Below are positions 1 through 14,600 of a stretch of DNA of 64,000 nucleotides, piece after piece. The stretch is from Nemertoderma westbladi. Lineage: Eukaryota; Animalia; Xenacoelomorpha. How positions within the stretch are numbered: position 1 is the first letter of the stretch; each line of letters starts with the position of its first letter. A model generated the notes under the pieces. That model was not told the origin of the DNA. It searched no databases and saw only the letters and a list, made by a program, of their open reading frames with translations. The stretch lies in NCBI GenBank assembly GCA_032718475.1, contig JAUCBJ010000816.1:1-64000 (forward strand), read 5' to 3'. Both the position numbers and the translations under genes were made by a program.

Positions 1-3000
1 GTGTGTCCAAATTACCGGTCAGTTATATAAGAACTCTGCCCAACTGAATTAACAACGTGTGTCCAACTTACCGGTCAGTTATATAAGAACTCTGCCCAAC
101 TGAATTAATAACTTGTGTCCAACTTACCTGTCAGTTATATAAGAACTCTGTCCAACTGAATTAACAACGTGTGTCCAAATTACCGCTTAGTTATATAAGA
201 ACTCTGCCCAACTGAATTAACAACGTGTGTCTAACTTACCTGTCAGTTATATAAGAACTCTGCCCAACTGAATTAACAAGGTGTGTCTAACTTACCTGTC
301 AGTTATATAAGAACTCTGCCCAACTTAATTAACAACGTGTGTCCAACTTACCGGTCAGTTAAATAAGAACTCTGCCCAACTTATTTAACAACGTGTGTCC
401 AACTTACCTGTCAGTTATATAAGAACCTTGTCCAACTGTATTAACAACGTGTGTTCAAATTACCGGTCAGTTATATAAGAACTCTGCCCAACTGAATTAA
501 CAACGTGTGTTCAACTTACGGGTCAGTTATATAAGAACTCTGCCCAACTGAATTAACAACGTGTGTCTAACTTACCTGTCAGTTATATAAGAACTCTGCC
601 CAACTGAATTAATAACTTGTGTCCAACTTACCGGTCAGTTATATAAGAACTCTGTCCAACTGAATTAACAACTTGTGTTCAACTTACCTGTCAGTTATAT
701 AAGAACTCTGTCCAACTGAATTAACAACGTGTGTCCAACTTACCGGTCAGTTATATAAGAACTCTGTCCAACTGAATTAACAACGTGTGTCCAACTTTCC
801 GGTCAGTTAAATAAGAACTCCGTCCAACTGAATTAACAGCGTATGTCCAACTTACCTGTCAGTTATATAAGAACTCTGTCCAACTGAATTAACAACTTGT
901 GTCCAACTTACCTGTCAGTTATATAAGAACTCTGCCCAACTGAATTAACAACTTGTGTCCAACTTACCGTTCAGTTATATAACCAACTGAATTAACAACG
1001 TGTGTCCAACTTACCTGTCATTTATATAAGAACTCTGTCCAACTGAATTAAAAACGTGTGTCCAACTTAACCGTCAGTTATAAAAGAATTCTGCCCAACT
1101 GAATTAACAAGGTGTGTCCAACTTACCTGTCAGTTATATAAGAACTCTGCCCAACTGAATTAACAACGTGTTTCCAACTTACGTGTCAGTTATATAAGAA
1201 CTCTGCCCAACTGAATTAACAACGTGTGTCCAAATTACCGGTCAGTTATATAAGAACTCTGCCCAACTGAATTAACAACGTGTGTCCAACTTACCGGTCA
1301 GTTATATAAGAACTCTGCCCAACTGAATTAATAACTTGTGTCCAACTTACCTGTCAGTTATATAAGAACTCTGTCCAACTGAATTAACAACGTGTGTCCA
1401 AATTACCGCTTAGTTATATAAGAACTCTGCCCAACTGAATTAACAACGTGTGTCTAACTTACCTGTCAGTTATATAAGAACTCTGCCCAACTGAATTAAC
1501 AAGGTGTGTCTAACTTACCTGTCAGTTATATAAGAACTCTGCCCAACTGAATTAACAACGTGTGTCTAACTTACCTGTCAGTTATATAAGAACTCTGCCC
1601 AACTGAATTAATAACTTGTGTCCAACTTACCTGTCAGTTATATAAGAACTCTGTCCAACTGAATTAACAACGTGTGTCCAAATTACCGGTCAGTTATATA
1701 AGAACTCTGCCCAACTGAATTAACAACGTGTGTCTAACTTACCTGTCAGTTATATAAGAACTCTGCCCAACTGAATTAACAACTTGTGTCCAACTTACCG
1801 GTCAGTTATATAAGAACTCTGCCCAACTGAATTAATAACTTGTGTCCAACTTACCGGTCAGTTATATAAGAACTCTGCCCAACTGAATTAACAACGTGTG
1901 TCCAACTTACGGGTCAGTTATATAAGAACTCTGCCCAACTGAATTAACAACGTGTGTCTAACTTACCTGTCAGTTATATAAGAACTCTGCCCAACTGAAT
2001 TAATAACTTGTGTCCAACTTACCGGTCAGTTATATAAGAACTCTGTCCAACTGAATTAACAACTTGTGTTCAACTTACCTGTCAGTTATATAAGAACTCT
2101 GCCCAACTGAATTAACAACGTGTGTCCAACTTACGGGTCAGTTATATAAGAACTCTGCCCAACTGAATTAACAACGTGTGTCTAACTTACCTGTCAGTTA
2201 TATAAGAACTCTGCCCAACTGAATTAATAACTTGTGTCAAACTTACCGGTCAGTTATATAAGAACTCTGTCCAACTGAATTAACAACTTGTGTTCAACTT
2301 ACCTGTCAGTTATATAAGAACTCTGTCCAACTGAATTAACAACGTGTGTCCAACTTACCGGTCAGTTATATAAGAACTCTGTCCAACTGAATTAACAGCG
2401 TATGTCCAACTTACCTGTCAGTTATATAAGAACTCTGTCCAACTGAATTAACAACTTGTGTCCAACCCAACTTACCTGTCAGTTATATAAGAACTCTGCC
2501 CAACTGAATTAACAACTTGTGTCCAACTTACCGGTCAGTTATATAACCAACTGAATTAACAACGTGTGTCCAACTTACCTGTCATTTATATAAGAACTCT
2601 GTCCAACTTAATTAACAACGTGTGTCCAACTTAACTGTCAGTTATAAAAGAATTCTGCCCAACTGAATTAACAAGGTGTGTCCAACTTACCTGTCAGTTA
2701 TATAAGAACTCTGCCCAACTGAATTAACAACGTGTGTCCAACTTACCTGTCAGTTATATAAGAACTCTGCCCAACTGAATTAACAACGTGTGTCCAACTT
2801 ACCGGTCAGTTATATAAGAACTCTGTCCAACTTAATTAACAACGTGTGTCCAACTTACCGGTCAGTTATATAAGAACTCTGCCCAACTTATTTAACAACG
2901 TGTGTCCAACTTACCTGTCAGTTATATAAGAACCTTGTCCAACTGTATTAACAACGTGTGTTCAAATTACCGGTCAGTTATATAAGAACTCTGCCCAACT

Positions 3001-6000
3001 GAATTAACAACGTGTGTCCAACTTACGGGTCAGTTATATAAGAACTCTGCCCAACTGAATTAACAACGTGTGTCTAACTTACCTGTCAGTTATATAAGAA
3101 CTCTGCCCAACTGAATTAATAACTTGTGTCCAACTTACCGGTCAGTTATATAAGAACTCTGTCCAACTGAATTAACAACTTGTGTTCAACTTACCTGTCA
3201 GTTATATAAGAACTCTGTCCAACTGAATTAACAACGTGTGTCCAACTTACCGGTCAGTTATATAAGAACTCTGTCCAACTGAATTAACAACGTGTGTCCA
3301 ACTTTCCGGTCAGTTAAATAAGAACTCCGTCCAACTGAATTAACAGCGTATGTCCAACTTACCGGTCAGTTATATAAGAACTCTGTCCAACTGAATTAAC
3401 AACGTGTGTCCAACTTACCGTTCAGTTATATAAGAACTCTGCCCAACTGAATTAACAACGTGTGTCTAACTTACCTGTCAGTTATATAAGAACTCTGCCC
3501 AACTGAATTAATAACTTGTGTCCAACTTACCGGTCAGTTATATAAGAACTCTGTCCAACTGAATTAACAACTTGTGTTCAACTTACCGGTCAGTTATATA
3601 AGAACTCTGTCCAACTGAATTAACAACGTGTGTCCAACTTTCCGGTCAGTTAAATAAGAACTCCGTCCAACTGAATTAACAGCGTATGTCCAACTTACCT
3701 GTCAGTTATATAAGAACTCTGTCCAACTGAATTAACAACTTGTGTCCAACTTACCTGTCAGTTATATAAGAACTCTGCCCAACTGAATTAACAACTTGTG
3801 TCCAACTTACCGTTCAGTTATATAAGAACTCTGCCCAACTGAATTAACAACGTGTGTCTAACTTACCTGTCAGTTATATAAGAACTCTGCCCAACTGAAT
3901 TAATAACTTGTGTCCAACTTACCGGTCAGTTATATAAGAACTCTGCCCAACTGAATTAACAACGTGTGTCTAACTTACCTGTCAGTTATATAAGAACTCT
4001 GCCCAACTGAATTAATAACTTGTGTCCAACTTACCGGTCAGTTATATAAGAACTCTGTCCAACTGAATTAACAACTTGTGTTCAACTTACCGGTCAGTTA
4101 TATAAGAACTCTGTCCAACTGAATTAACAACGTGTGTCCAACTTTCCGGTCAGTTAAATAAGAACTCCGTCCAACTGAATTAACAGCGTATGTCCAACTT
4201 ACCTGTCAGTTATATAAGAACTCTGTCCAACTGAATTAACAACTTGTGTCCAACTTACCTGTCAGTTATATAAGAACTCTGCCCAACTGAATTAACAACT
4301 TGTGTCCAACTTACCGTTCAGTTATATAACCAACTGAATTAACAACGTGTGTCCAACTTACCTGTCATTTATATAAGAACTCTGTCCAACTGAATTAAAA
4401 ACGTGTGTCCAACTTAACTGTCAGTTATTAAAGAATTCTGCCCAACTGAATTAACAAGGTGTGTCCAACTTACCTGTCAGTTATATAAGAACTCTGCCCA
4501 ACTGAATTAACAACGTGTGTCCAACTTACGGGTCAGTTATATAAGAACTCTGCCCAACTGAATTAACAACGTGTGTCCAAATTACCGGTCAGTTATATAA
4601 GAACTCTGCCCAACTGAATTAACAACGTGTGTCCAACTTACCGGTCAGTTATATAAGAACTCTGCCCAACTGAATTAATAACTTGTGTCCAACTTACCTG
4701 TCAGTTATATAAGAACTCTGTCCAACTGAATTAACAACGTGTGTCCAAATTACCGCTTAGTTATATAAGAACTCTGCCCAACTGAATTAACAACGTGTGT
4801 CTAACTTACCTGTCAGTTATATAAGAACTCTGCCCAACTGAATTAACAAGGTGTGTCTAACTTACCTGTCAGTTATATAAGAACTCTGCCCAACTGAATT
4901 AACAACGTGTGTCTAACTTACCTGTCAGTTATATAAGAACTCTGCCCAACTGAATTAATAACTTGTGTCCAACTTACCTGTCAGTTATATAAGAACTCTG
5001 TCCAACTGAATTAACAACGTGTGTCCAAATTACCGGTCAGTTATATAAGAACTCTGCCCAACTGAATTAACAACGTGTGTCCAACTTACGGGTCAGTTAT
5101 ATAAGAACTCTGCCCAACTGAATTAACAACGTGTGTCCAAATTACCGGTCAGTTATATAAGAACTCTGCCCAACTGAATTAACAACGTGTGTCCAACTTA
5201 CGGGTCAGTTATATAAGAACTCTGCCCAACTGAATTAACAACGTGTGTCCAAATTACCGGTCAGTTATATAAGAACTCTGCCCAACTGAATTAACAACGT
5301 GTGTCCAACTTACCGGTCAGTTATATAAGAACTCTGCCCAACTGAATTAATAACTTGTGTCCAACTTACCTGTCAGTTATATAAGAACTCTGTCCAACTG
5401 AATTAACAACGTGTGTCCAAATTACCGCTTAGTTATATAAGAACTCTGCCCAACTGAATTAACAACGTGTGTCTAACTTACCTGTCAGTTATATAAGAAC
5501 TCTGCCCAACTGAATTAACAACGTGTGTCTAACTTACCTGTCAGTTATATAAGAACTCTGCCCAACTGAATTAATAACTTGTGTCCAACTTACCTGTCAG
5601 TTATATAAGAACTCTGTCCAACTGAATTAACAACGTGTGTCCAAATTACCGGTCAGTTATATAAGAACTCTGCCCAACTGAATTAACAACGTGTGTCCAA
5701 CTTACGGGTCAGTTATATAAGAACTCTGCCCAACTGAATTAACAACGTGTGTCCAACTTACCGGTCAGTTATATAAGAACTCTGCCCAACTGAATTAACA
5801 ACGTGTGTCCAACTTACGGGTCAGTTATATAAGAACTCTGCCCAACTGAATTAACAACGTGTGTCCAAATTACCGGTCAGTTATATAAGAACTCTGCCCA
5901 ACTGAATTAACAACGTGTGTCCAACTTACCGGTCAGTTATATAAGAACTCTGCCCAACTGAATTAATAACTTGTGTCCAACTTACCTGTCAGTTATATAA

Positions 6001-9000
6001 GAACTCTGTCCAACTGAATTAACAACGTGTGTCCAAATTACCGCTTAGTTATATAAGAACTCTGCCCAACTGAATTAACAACGTGTGTCTAACTTACCTG
6101 TCAGTTATATAAGAACTCTGCCCAACTGAATTAACAAGGTGTGTCTAACTTACCTGTCAGTTATATAAGAACTCTGCCCAACTGAATTAACAACGTGTGT
6201 CTAACTTACCTGTCAGTTATATAAGAACTCTGCCCAACTGAATTAATAACTTGTGTCCAACTTACCTGTCAGTTATATAAGAACTCTGTCCAACTGAATT
6301 AACAACGTGTGTCCAAATTACCGGTCAGTTATATAAGAACTCTGCCCAACTGAATTAACAACGTGTGTCCAACTTACGGGTCAGTTATATAAGAACTCTG
6401 CCCAACTGAATTAACAACGTGTGTCCAAATTACCGGTCAGTTATATAAGAACTCTGCCCAACTGAATTAACAACGTGTGTCCAACTTACCGGTCAGTTAT
6501 ATAAGAACTCTGCCCAACTGAATTAATAACTTGTGTCCAACTTACCTGTCAGTTATATAAGAACTCTGTCCAACTGAATTAACAACGTGTGTCCAAATTA
6601 CCGCTTAGTTATATAAGAACTCTGCCCAACTGAATTAACAACGTGTGTCTAACTTACCTGTCAGTTATATAAGAACTCTGCCCAACTGAATTAACAAGGT
6701 GTGTCTAACTTACCTGTCAGTTATATAAGAACTCTGCCCAACTGAATTAATAACTTGTGTCCAACTTACCGGTCAGTTATATAAGAACTCTGCCCAACTG
6801 AATTAATAACTTGTGTCCAACTTACCGGTCAGTTATATAAGAACTCTGCCCAACTGAATTAACAACGTGTGTCCAACTTACGGGTCAGTTATAAGAACTC
6901 TGTCCAACTGAATTAACAACGTGTGTCTAACTTACCTGTCAGTTATATAAGAACTCTGCCCAACTGAATTAATAACTTGTGTCCAACTTACCGGTCAGTT
7001 ATATAAGAACTCTGTCCAACTGAATTAACAACTTGTGTTCAATTTACCTGTCAGTTATATAAGAACTCTGCCCAACTGAATTAACAACGTGTGTCCAACT
7101 TACGGGTCAGTTATATAAGAACTCTGCCCAACTGAATTAACAACGTGTGTCTAACTTACCTGTCAGTTATATAAGAACTCTGCCCAACTGAATTAATAAC
7201 TTGTGTCAAACTTACCGGTCAGTTATATAAGAACTCTGCCCAACTGAATTAACAACGTGTGTCTAACTTACCTGTCAGTTATATAAGAACTCTGCCAAAC
7301 TGAATTAACAACGTGTGTCTAACTTACCTGTCAGTTATATAAGAACTCTGTCCAACTGAATTAACAAGGTGTGTCCAACTTACCTGTCAGTTATATAAGA
7401 ACTCTGCCCAACTGAATTAACAACGTGTGTCCAACTTACCTGTCAGTTATATAAGAACTCTGTCCAACTGAATTAACAACGTGTGTCCAACCTACCTGTC
7501 AGTTATATAAGAACTCTGTCCAACTGAATTAACAACGTGTGTCCAACTTACGGGTCAGTTATATAAGAACTCTGCCCAACTGAATTAACAACGTGTGTCT
7601 AACTTACCTGTCAGTTATATAAGAACTCTGCCCAACTGAATTAACAAGGTGTGTCCAACTTACCTGTCAGTTATATAAGAACTCTTCCCAACTGAATTAA
7701 CAACGTGTGTCCAACTTACCTGTCAGTTATATAAGAACTCTGTCCAACTGAATTAACAACGTGTGTCCAACTTACCTGTCAGTTATATAAGAACTCTGTC
7801 CAACTGAATTAACAACGTGTGTCCAACTTACCTGTTAGTTATATAAGAACTCTGTCCAACTGAATTAACAACGTGTGTCCAACTTACCTGTCAGTTATAT
7901 AAGAACTCTGTCCAACTGAATTAACAACGTGTGTCCAACTTACGGGTCAGTTATATAAGAACTCTGTCCAACTGAATTAACAACGTGTGTCCAACTTACC
8001 TGTCAGTTATATAAGAACTCTGTCCAACTGAATTAACAACGTGTGTCCAAATTACCGCTTAGTTATATAAGAACTCTACCCAACTGAATTAACAACGTGT
8101 GTCTAACTTACCTGTCAGTTATATAAGAACTCTGCCCAACTGAATTAACAAGGTGTGTCTAACTTACCTGTCAGTTATATAAGAACTCTGCCCAACTGAA
8201 TTAACAACGTGTGTCTAACTTACCTGTCAGTTATATAAGAACTCTGCCCAACTGAATTAATAACTTGTGTCCAACTTACCTGTCAGTTATATAAGAACTC
8301 TGTCCAACTGAATTAACAACGTGTGTCCAAATTACCGGTCAGTTATATAAGAACTCTGCCCAACTGAATTAACAACGTGTGTCTAACTTACCTGTCAGTT
8401 ATATAAGAACTCTGCCCAACTGAATTAATAACTTGTGTCCAACTTACCGGTCAGTTATATAAGAACTCTGCCCAACTGAATTAATAACTTGTGTCCAACT
8501 TACCGGTCAGTTATATAAGAACTCTGCCCAACTGAATTAACAACGTGTGTCCAACTTACGGGTCAGTTATAAGAACTCTGCCCAACTGAATTAACAACGT
8601 GTGTCTAACTTACCTGTCAGTTATATAAGAACTCTGCCCAACTGAATTAATAACTTGTGTCCAACTTACCGGTCAGTTATATAAGAACTCTGTCCAACTG
8701 AATTAACAACTTGTGTTCAACTTACCTGTCAGTTATATAAGAACTCTGCCCAACTGAATTAACAACGTGTGTCCAACTTACGGGTCAGTTATATAAGAAC
8801 TCTGCCCAACTGAATTAACAACGTGTGTCTAACTTACCTGTCAGTTATATAAGAACTCTGCCCAACTGAATTAATAACTTGTGTCAAACTTACCGGTCAG
8901 TTATATAAGAACTCTGTCCAACTGAATTAACAACTTGTGTTCAACTTACCTGTCAGTTATATAAGAACTCTGCCAAACTGAATTAACAACGTGTGTCTAA

Positions 9001-11239
9001 CTTACCTGTCAGTTATATAAGAACTCTGTCCAACTGAATTAACAAGGTGTGTCCAACTTACCTGTCAGTTATATAAGAACTCTGCCCAACTGAATTAACA
9101 ACGTGTGTCCAACTTACCTGTCAGTCATATAAGAACTCTGTCCAACTGAATTAACAACGTGTGTCCAACTTACCTGTCAGTTATATAAGAACTCTGTCCA
9201 ACTGAATTAACAACGTGTGTCTAACTTACCTGTCAGTTATATAAGAACTCTGCCCAACTGAATTAATAACTTGTGTCCAACTTACCGGTCAGTTATATAA
9301 GAACTCTGTCCAACTGAATTAACAACTTGTGTTCAACTTACCTGTCAGTTATATAAGAACTCTGCCCAACTGAATTAACAACGTGTGTCCAACTTACGGG
9401 TCAGTTATATAAGAACTCTGCCCAACTGAATTAACAACGTGTGTCTAACTTACCTGTCAGTTATATAAGAACTCTGCCCAACTGAATTAATAACTTGTGT
9501 CAAACTTACCGGTCAGTTATATAAGAACTCTGTCCAACTGAATTAACAACTTGTGTTCAACTTACCTGTCAGTTATATAAGAACTCTGCCAAACTGAATT
9601 AACAACGTGTGTCCAACTTACCTGTCAGTTATATAAGAACTCTGTCCAACTGAATTAACAACGTGTGTCCAACTTACCTGTTAGTTATATAAGAACTCTG
9701 TCCAACTGAATTAACAACGTGTGTCCAACTTACCTGTCAGTTATATAAGAACTCTGTCCAACTGAATTAACAACGTGTGTCCAACTTACCTGTCAGTTAT
9801 ATAAGAACTCTGCCCAACTGAATTAACAACGTGTGTCCAACTTACCTGTCAGTTATATAAGAACTCTGTCCAACTGAATTAACAACGTGTGTCCAATTTA
9901 CCTGTCAGTTATATAAGAACTCTGCCCAACTGAATTAACAACGTGTGTCCAACTTACCTGTCAGTTATATAAGAACTCTGTCCAACTGAATTAACAACGT
10001 GTGTCCAACTTACCTGTCAGTTATATAAGAACTCTGTCCAACTGAATTAACAACGTGTGTTCAACTTACCTGTCAGTTATATAAGAACTCTTCCCAACTG
10101 AATTAACAACGTGTGTCCAACTTACCTGTCAGTTATATAAGAACTCTGTCCAACTGAATTAACAACGTGTGTCCAACTTACCTGTCAGTTATATAAGAAC
10201 TATGTCCAACTGAATTAACAACGTGTGTCCAACTTACCTGTCAGTTATATAAGAACTCTGTCCAACTGAATTAACAACCTGTGTCCAACTTACCTGTCAG
10301 TTATATAAGAACTCTGTCCAACTGAATTAACAACATGTGTCCAACTTACCTGTCAGTTATATAAGAACTCTGCCCAACTGAATTAACAACGTGTGTCCAA
10401 CTTACCTGTCAGTTATATAAGAACTCTGTCCAACTGAATTAACAACGTGTGTCCAACTTACATGTCAGTTATATAAGAACTCTGTCCAACTGAATTAACA
10501 ACGTGTGTCCAACTTACCTGTCAGTTATATAAGAACTCTGTCCAACTGAATTAACAACGTGTGTCCAACTTACCTGTCAGTTATATAAGAACTATGTCCA
10601 ACTGAATTAACAACGTGTGTCCAACTTACCTGTCAGTTATATAAGAACTCTGTCCAACTGAATTAACAACGTGTGTCCAACTTACCTGTCAGTTATATAA
10701 GAACTCTGTCCAACTGAATTAACAACGTGTGTCCAACTTACCTGTCAGTTATATAAGAACTCTGTCCAACTGAATTAACAACGTGTGTCCAACTTACCTG
10801 TCAGTTATATAAGAACTCTGTCCAACTGAATTAACAACGTGTGTCCAACTTACCTGTTAGTTATATAAGAACTCTGCCCAACTGAATTAACAACGTGTGT
10901 CCAACTTACCTGTCAGTTATATAAGAACTCTGTCCAACTGAATTAACAACGTGTGTCCAACTTACCTGTCAGTTATATAAGAACTCTGCCCAACTGAATT
11001 AACAACGTGTGTCCAACTTGCCTGTCAGTTATATAAGAACTCTGTCCAACTGAATTAACAACGTGTGTCCAACTTACCTGTCAGTTATATACGAACTCTG
11101 CCCAACTGAATTAACAACGTGTGTCCAACTTACCTGTCAGTTATATAAGAACTCTGTCCAACTGAATTAACAACGTGTGTCCAACTTACCTGTCAGTTAT
11201 ATAAGAACTCTGTGCAACTGAATTAACAACGTGTGTCCA
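1..11239. repeat. 56-bp tandem satellite (~200 units, continues off the left edge) in CFAP70 intron 5
   Basis: Unit GTGTGTCCAACTTACCTGTCAGTTATATAAGAACTCTG(T/C)CCAACTGAATTAACAAC recurs every 56 nt (positions 1, 57, ...). The last 50 nt (11190-11239) overlap the coding exon. Confidence 0.98.
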
Positions 11240-11326
11240 CCGCTTCTGTCGTTGTTGAACGTCTTTATCATTGGCGGATTTTAGAGATCCGTTGGCAAAA
11301 ATAGCGATCCTATATTGATCCTTTTG
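11190..11326 (-). CDS. CFAP70: CFAP70 coding exon 5 (QKDQYRIAIFANGSLKSANDKDVQQRQKRWTHVVNSVAQSSYITD)
   Basis: Acceptor ttttgtAG, donor CAG|GTAAGT; 137 nt; in phase with the previous exon. IFANGSLK...RQKRW resembles the vertebrate CFAP70 LFKNGTLK...RPKKW segment as recalled. The gene continues outside the window. Confidence 0.85.
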
Positions 11327-11423
11327 CTACAAAATAAAGAAAATTAAACGGAATTTTTCATAAACACTTTTAACGCCCAGATAAGAATTTTGGTAAAAAG
11401 TTTTAAAATAATATGCAACTCAC

Positions 11424-11598
11424 TTGGTCACTTGACAGTAAAGGCATAGATAGGTTGTAGTTGAAGGCGTGGTTAATATTCCATGAATCAGGACAATTGT
11501 AAAGGGATTCAACATTTATTGTCATAACGTTTGTGGATGGAATGAGTGGCTCATTGATGAGAGGTTGGTTCACCGAAATTATAATATCGATAACCGGT
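11424..11598 (-). CDS. CFAP70: CFAP70 coding exon 4 (RPVIDIIISVNQPLINEPLIPSTNVMTINVESLYNCPDSWNINHAFNYNLSMPLLSSDQ)
   Basis: Acceptor tattacAG, donor CAA|GTGAGT; 175 nt (1+58x3). Completes the AG|A Arg codon from exon 3. Resembles the recalled CFAP70 NLLKVTLEAAYSVPES region. Confidence 0.85.
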
Positions 11599-11679
11599 CT
11601 GTAATAATAAACCGATAATTAATTAGTTAGTTAGGTCGACCAATAAAATTGTAATAATTTGACCAGTATAAAACGATAT

Positions 11680-14600
11680 CCTCGTGGTTAAATATAAAGT
11701 GTTTCTATTGGCTAACCTCGTGGTTTCACTATAAAGTGTTTCTATTGGCTAACCTCGTGGTTTCAGTATAAAGTGTTTCTATTGGATAACGTCGTGGTTC
11801 AAATATAAAGTGTTTCTATTGGCTAACCTCGTGGTTTCAGTATAAAGTGTTTCTATTGGCTAACCTCGTGGTTTTATAAGAATGTAAGTGTCTCTATTGG
11901 CTAACTTCGTGGTTCAATTATACAATGTTTCTATTGGCTAACCTCGTGGTTTTATAAGAATGTTTCTATTGGCTAACCTCGTGATTCCATTATAAAGTGT
12001 TTATATTGGCTAACCTCGTGGTTTCAGTATAAAGTGTTTCTATTGGCTAACCTCGTGGTTTTATAAGAATGTTTCTATTGGCTAACCTCGTGATTCCATT
12101 ATAAAGTGTTTCTATTGGCTAACCTCGTGGTTTTATAAGAATGTGTATATTGGCTAACCTCGTGATTCAATTATAGATTGTTTCTATTGGCTAACCTCGT
12201 GGTTCAATTATAAAGTGTTTCTATTGGCTAACCTAGTGGTTTTATAAGAATGTTTCTATTGGCTAACCTCGTGGTTCAATTATAAACTGTTTCTATTGGC
12301 TAACCTCGTGATTCCATTATAAAGTGCTTCTACTGGCTAACCTCGTGGTTTCAGTATAAAGTGTTTCTATTGGCTAACCTCGTGGTTTTATAAGAATGTT
12401 TCTATTGGCTAACCTCGTGATTCCATTATAAAGTGATTCTATTGGCTAACCTCGAGGTTTTATAAGAATGTAAGTGTCTTTATTGGCTAACCTCGTGGTT
12501 CAATTGTAAACTGTTTCTATTGGCTAACCTCGTGGTTTTATAAGAATGTTTCTATTGGCTAACCTCGTTGTTCAATTATAAACTGTTTCTATTGGCTAAC
12601 CTCGTGGTTTTATATGAATGTTTCTATTGGCTAACCTCGTGATTCCATTATAAAGTGTTTCTATTGGCTAACCTCGTGGTTTCAGTATAAAGTGTTTCTA
12701 TTGGCTAACCTCGAGGTTTTATAAGAATGTAAGTGTCTTTATTGGCTAACCTCGTGGTTCAATTATAAACTGTTTCTATTGGCTAACCTCGTGGTTTTAT
12801 AAGAATGTTTCTATTGGCTAACCTCGTGGTTCAATTATAAACTGTTTCTATTGGCTAACCTCGTGGTTTTATAAGAATGTAAGTGTCTCTATTGGCTAAA
12901 CTCGTGGTTTCAGTATAAAGTGTTTCTATTGGCTAACCTCGTGGTTTCAGTATAAAGTGTTTCTATTGGCTAACCTCGTGGTTTCAGTATAAAGTGTTTC
13001 TATTCGCTAACCTCGTGGTTTCAGTATAAAGTGTTTCTATTGGCTAACCTCGTGGTTTTATAAAAATGTCTCTATTGGCTAATCTCGTGGTTCGATTAAA
13101 ACTGTTTCTATTGGCTAACCTCGTGGTTCAATTATAAAGTGTTTCTGTTGGCTAACCTCGTGGTTATATAAGAATGTTTCGATTGGCCACCCTCGTGGTA
13201 TCAGTATAAAGTGTTTCTATTGGCTAACCTCGTGGTTTCAGTATAAAGTGTTTCTATTGGCTAACCTCGTGGTTTCAGTATAAAGTGTTTCTATTGGCTA
13301 ACCTCGTGGGTTTATAAGAATGTTTCTATTGGCTAACCTCGTGGTTTTATAAGAATGTGTTTCTATTGGCTAACCTCGTGGTTCCATTATAAAGTGTTTC
13401 TATTGGCTAACCTCGTGGTTTTATAAGAATGTTTCTATTGGCTAACCTCGTGGTTCAATTATAAACTGTTTCTATTGGCTAACCTTGTGGTTCAATTATA
13501 AATAGTTTCTATTGGCTAACCTCGTGGTTCCATTATAAAGTGTTTCTATTGGCTAACCTCGTGGTTCCATTATAAAGTGTTTCTATTGGCTAACCTCGTG
13601 GTACAATTATAAAGAGTTTCTATTGGCTAACCTCGTGGTTTTATAAGAATGTGTTTCTATTGGCTAACCTCGTGGTTCCATTATAAAGTGTTTCTATTGG
13701 CTAACTTCGTGGTTCAATTATAAAGTGTTTCTAATGGCGAACCTCGTAGTTTCAGGAGAAAGTGTTTCTATTGGCTAACCTCGTGGTTCCATTATAAAGT
13801 GTTTCTATTGGCTAACCTCGTGGTTTCAGTATAAAGTGTTTCTATTGGCTAACCTCGTGGTTTCAGTATAAAGTGTTTCTATTTGCTAACCTCGCGGTTT
13901 CAGTATAAAGTGTTTCTATTGTCTAACCTCGTGATTCCATTATAAAGTGTTTCTATTGGCTAACCTCGTGGTTTCAGTATAAAGTGTTTCTATTCGCTAA
14001 CCTCGTGGTTTTATAAGAATGTTTCTATTGGCTAACCTCGTGGTTTTATAAGAATGTTTCTATTGGCTAACCTCGTGGTTCAATTATAAAGTGTTTCTAT
14101 TGGCTAACCTCGTGGTTCCATTATAAAGTGTTTCTATTGGCTAACCTCGTGGTTTCAGTATAAAGTGTTTCTATTGGCTAACCTCGTGGTTTCAGTATAA
14201 AGTGTTTCTATTTGCTAACCTCGCGGTTTCAGTATAAAGTGTTTCTATTGTCTAACCTCGTGATTCCATTATAAAGTGTTTCTATTGGCTAACCTCGTGG
14301 TTTCAGTATAAAGTGTTTCTATTCGCTAACCTCGTGGTTTTATAAGAATGTTTCTATTGGCTAACCTCGTGGTTTTATAAGAATGTTTCTATTGGCTAAC
14401 CTCGTGGTTCAATTATAAACTGTTTCTATTGGCTAACCTTGTGGTTCAATTATAAATAGTTTCTATTGGCTAACCTCATGGTTCCATTATAAAGTGTTTC
14501 TATTGGCTAACCTCGTGGTTCCATTATAAAGTGTTTCTATTGGCTAACCTCGTGGTTCAATTATAAACTGTTTCTATTGGCTAACCTTGTGGTTCAATTA

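Noticed and set aside
1-11239. Telomeric or centromeric satellite
   Set aside because: The unit matches the adjacent CFAP70 exon and donor, and the gene must continue beyond the array.
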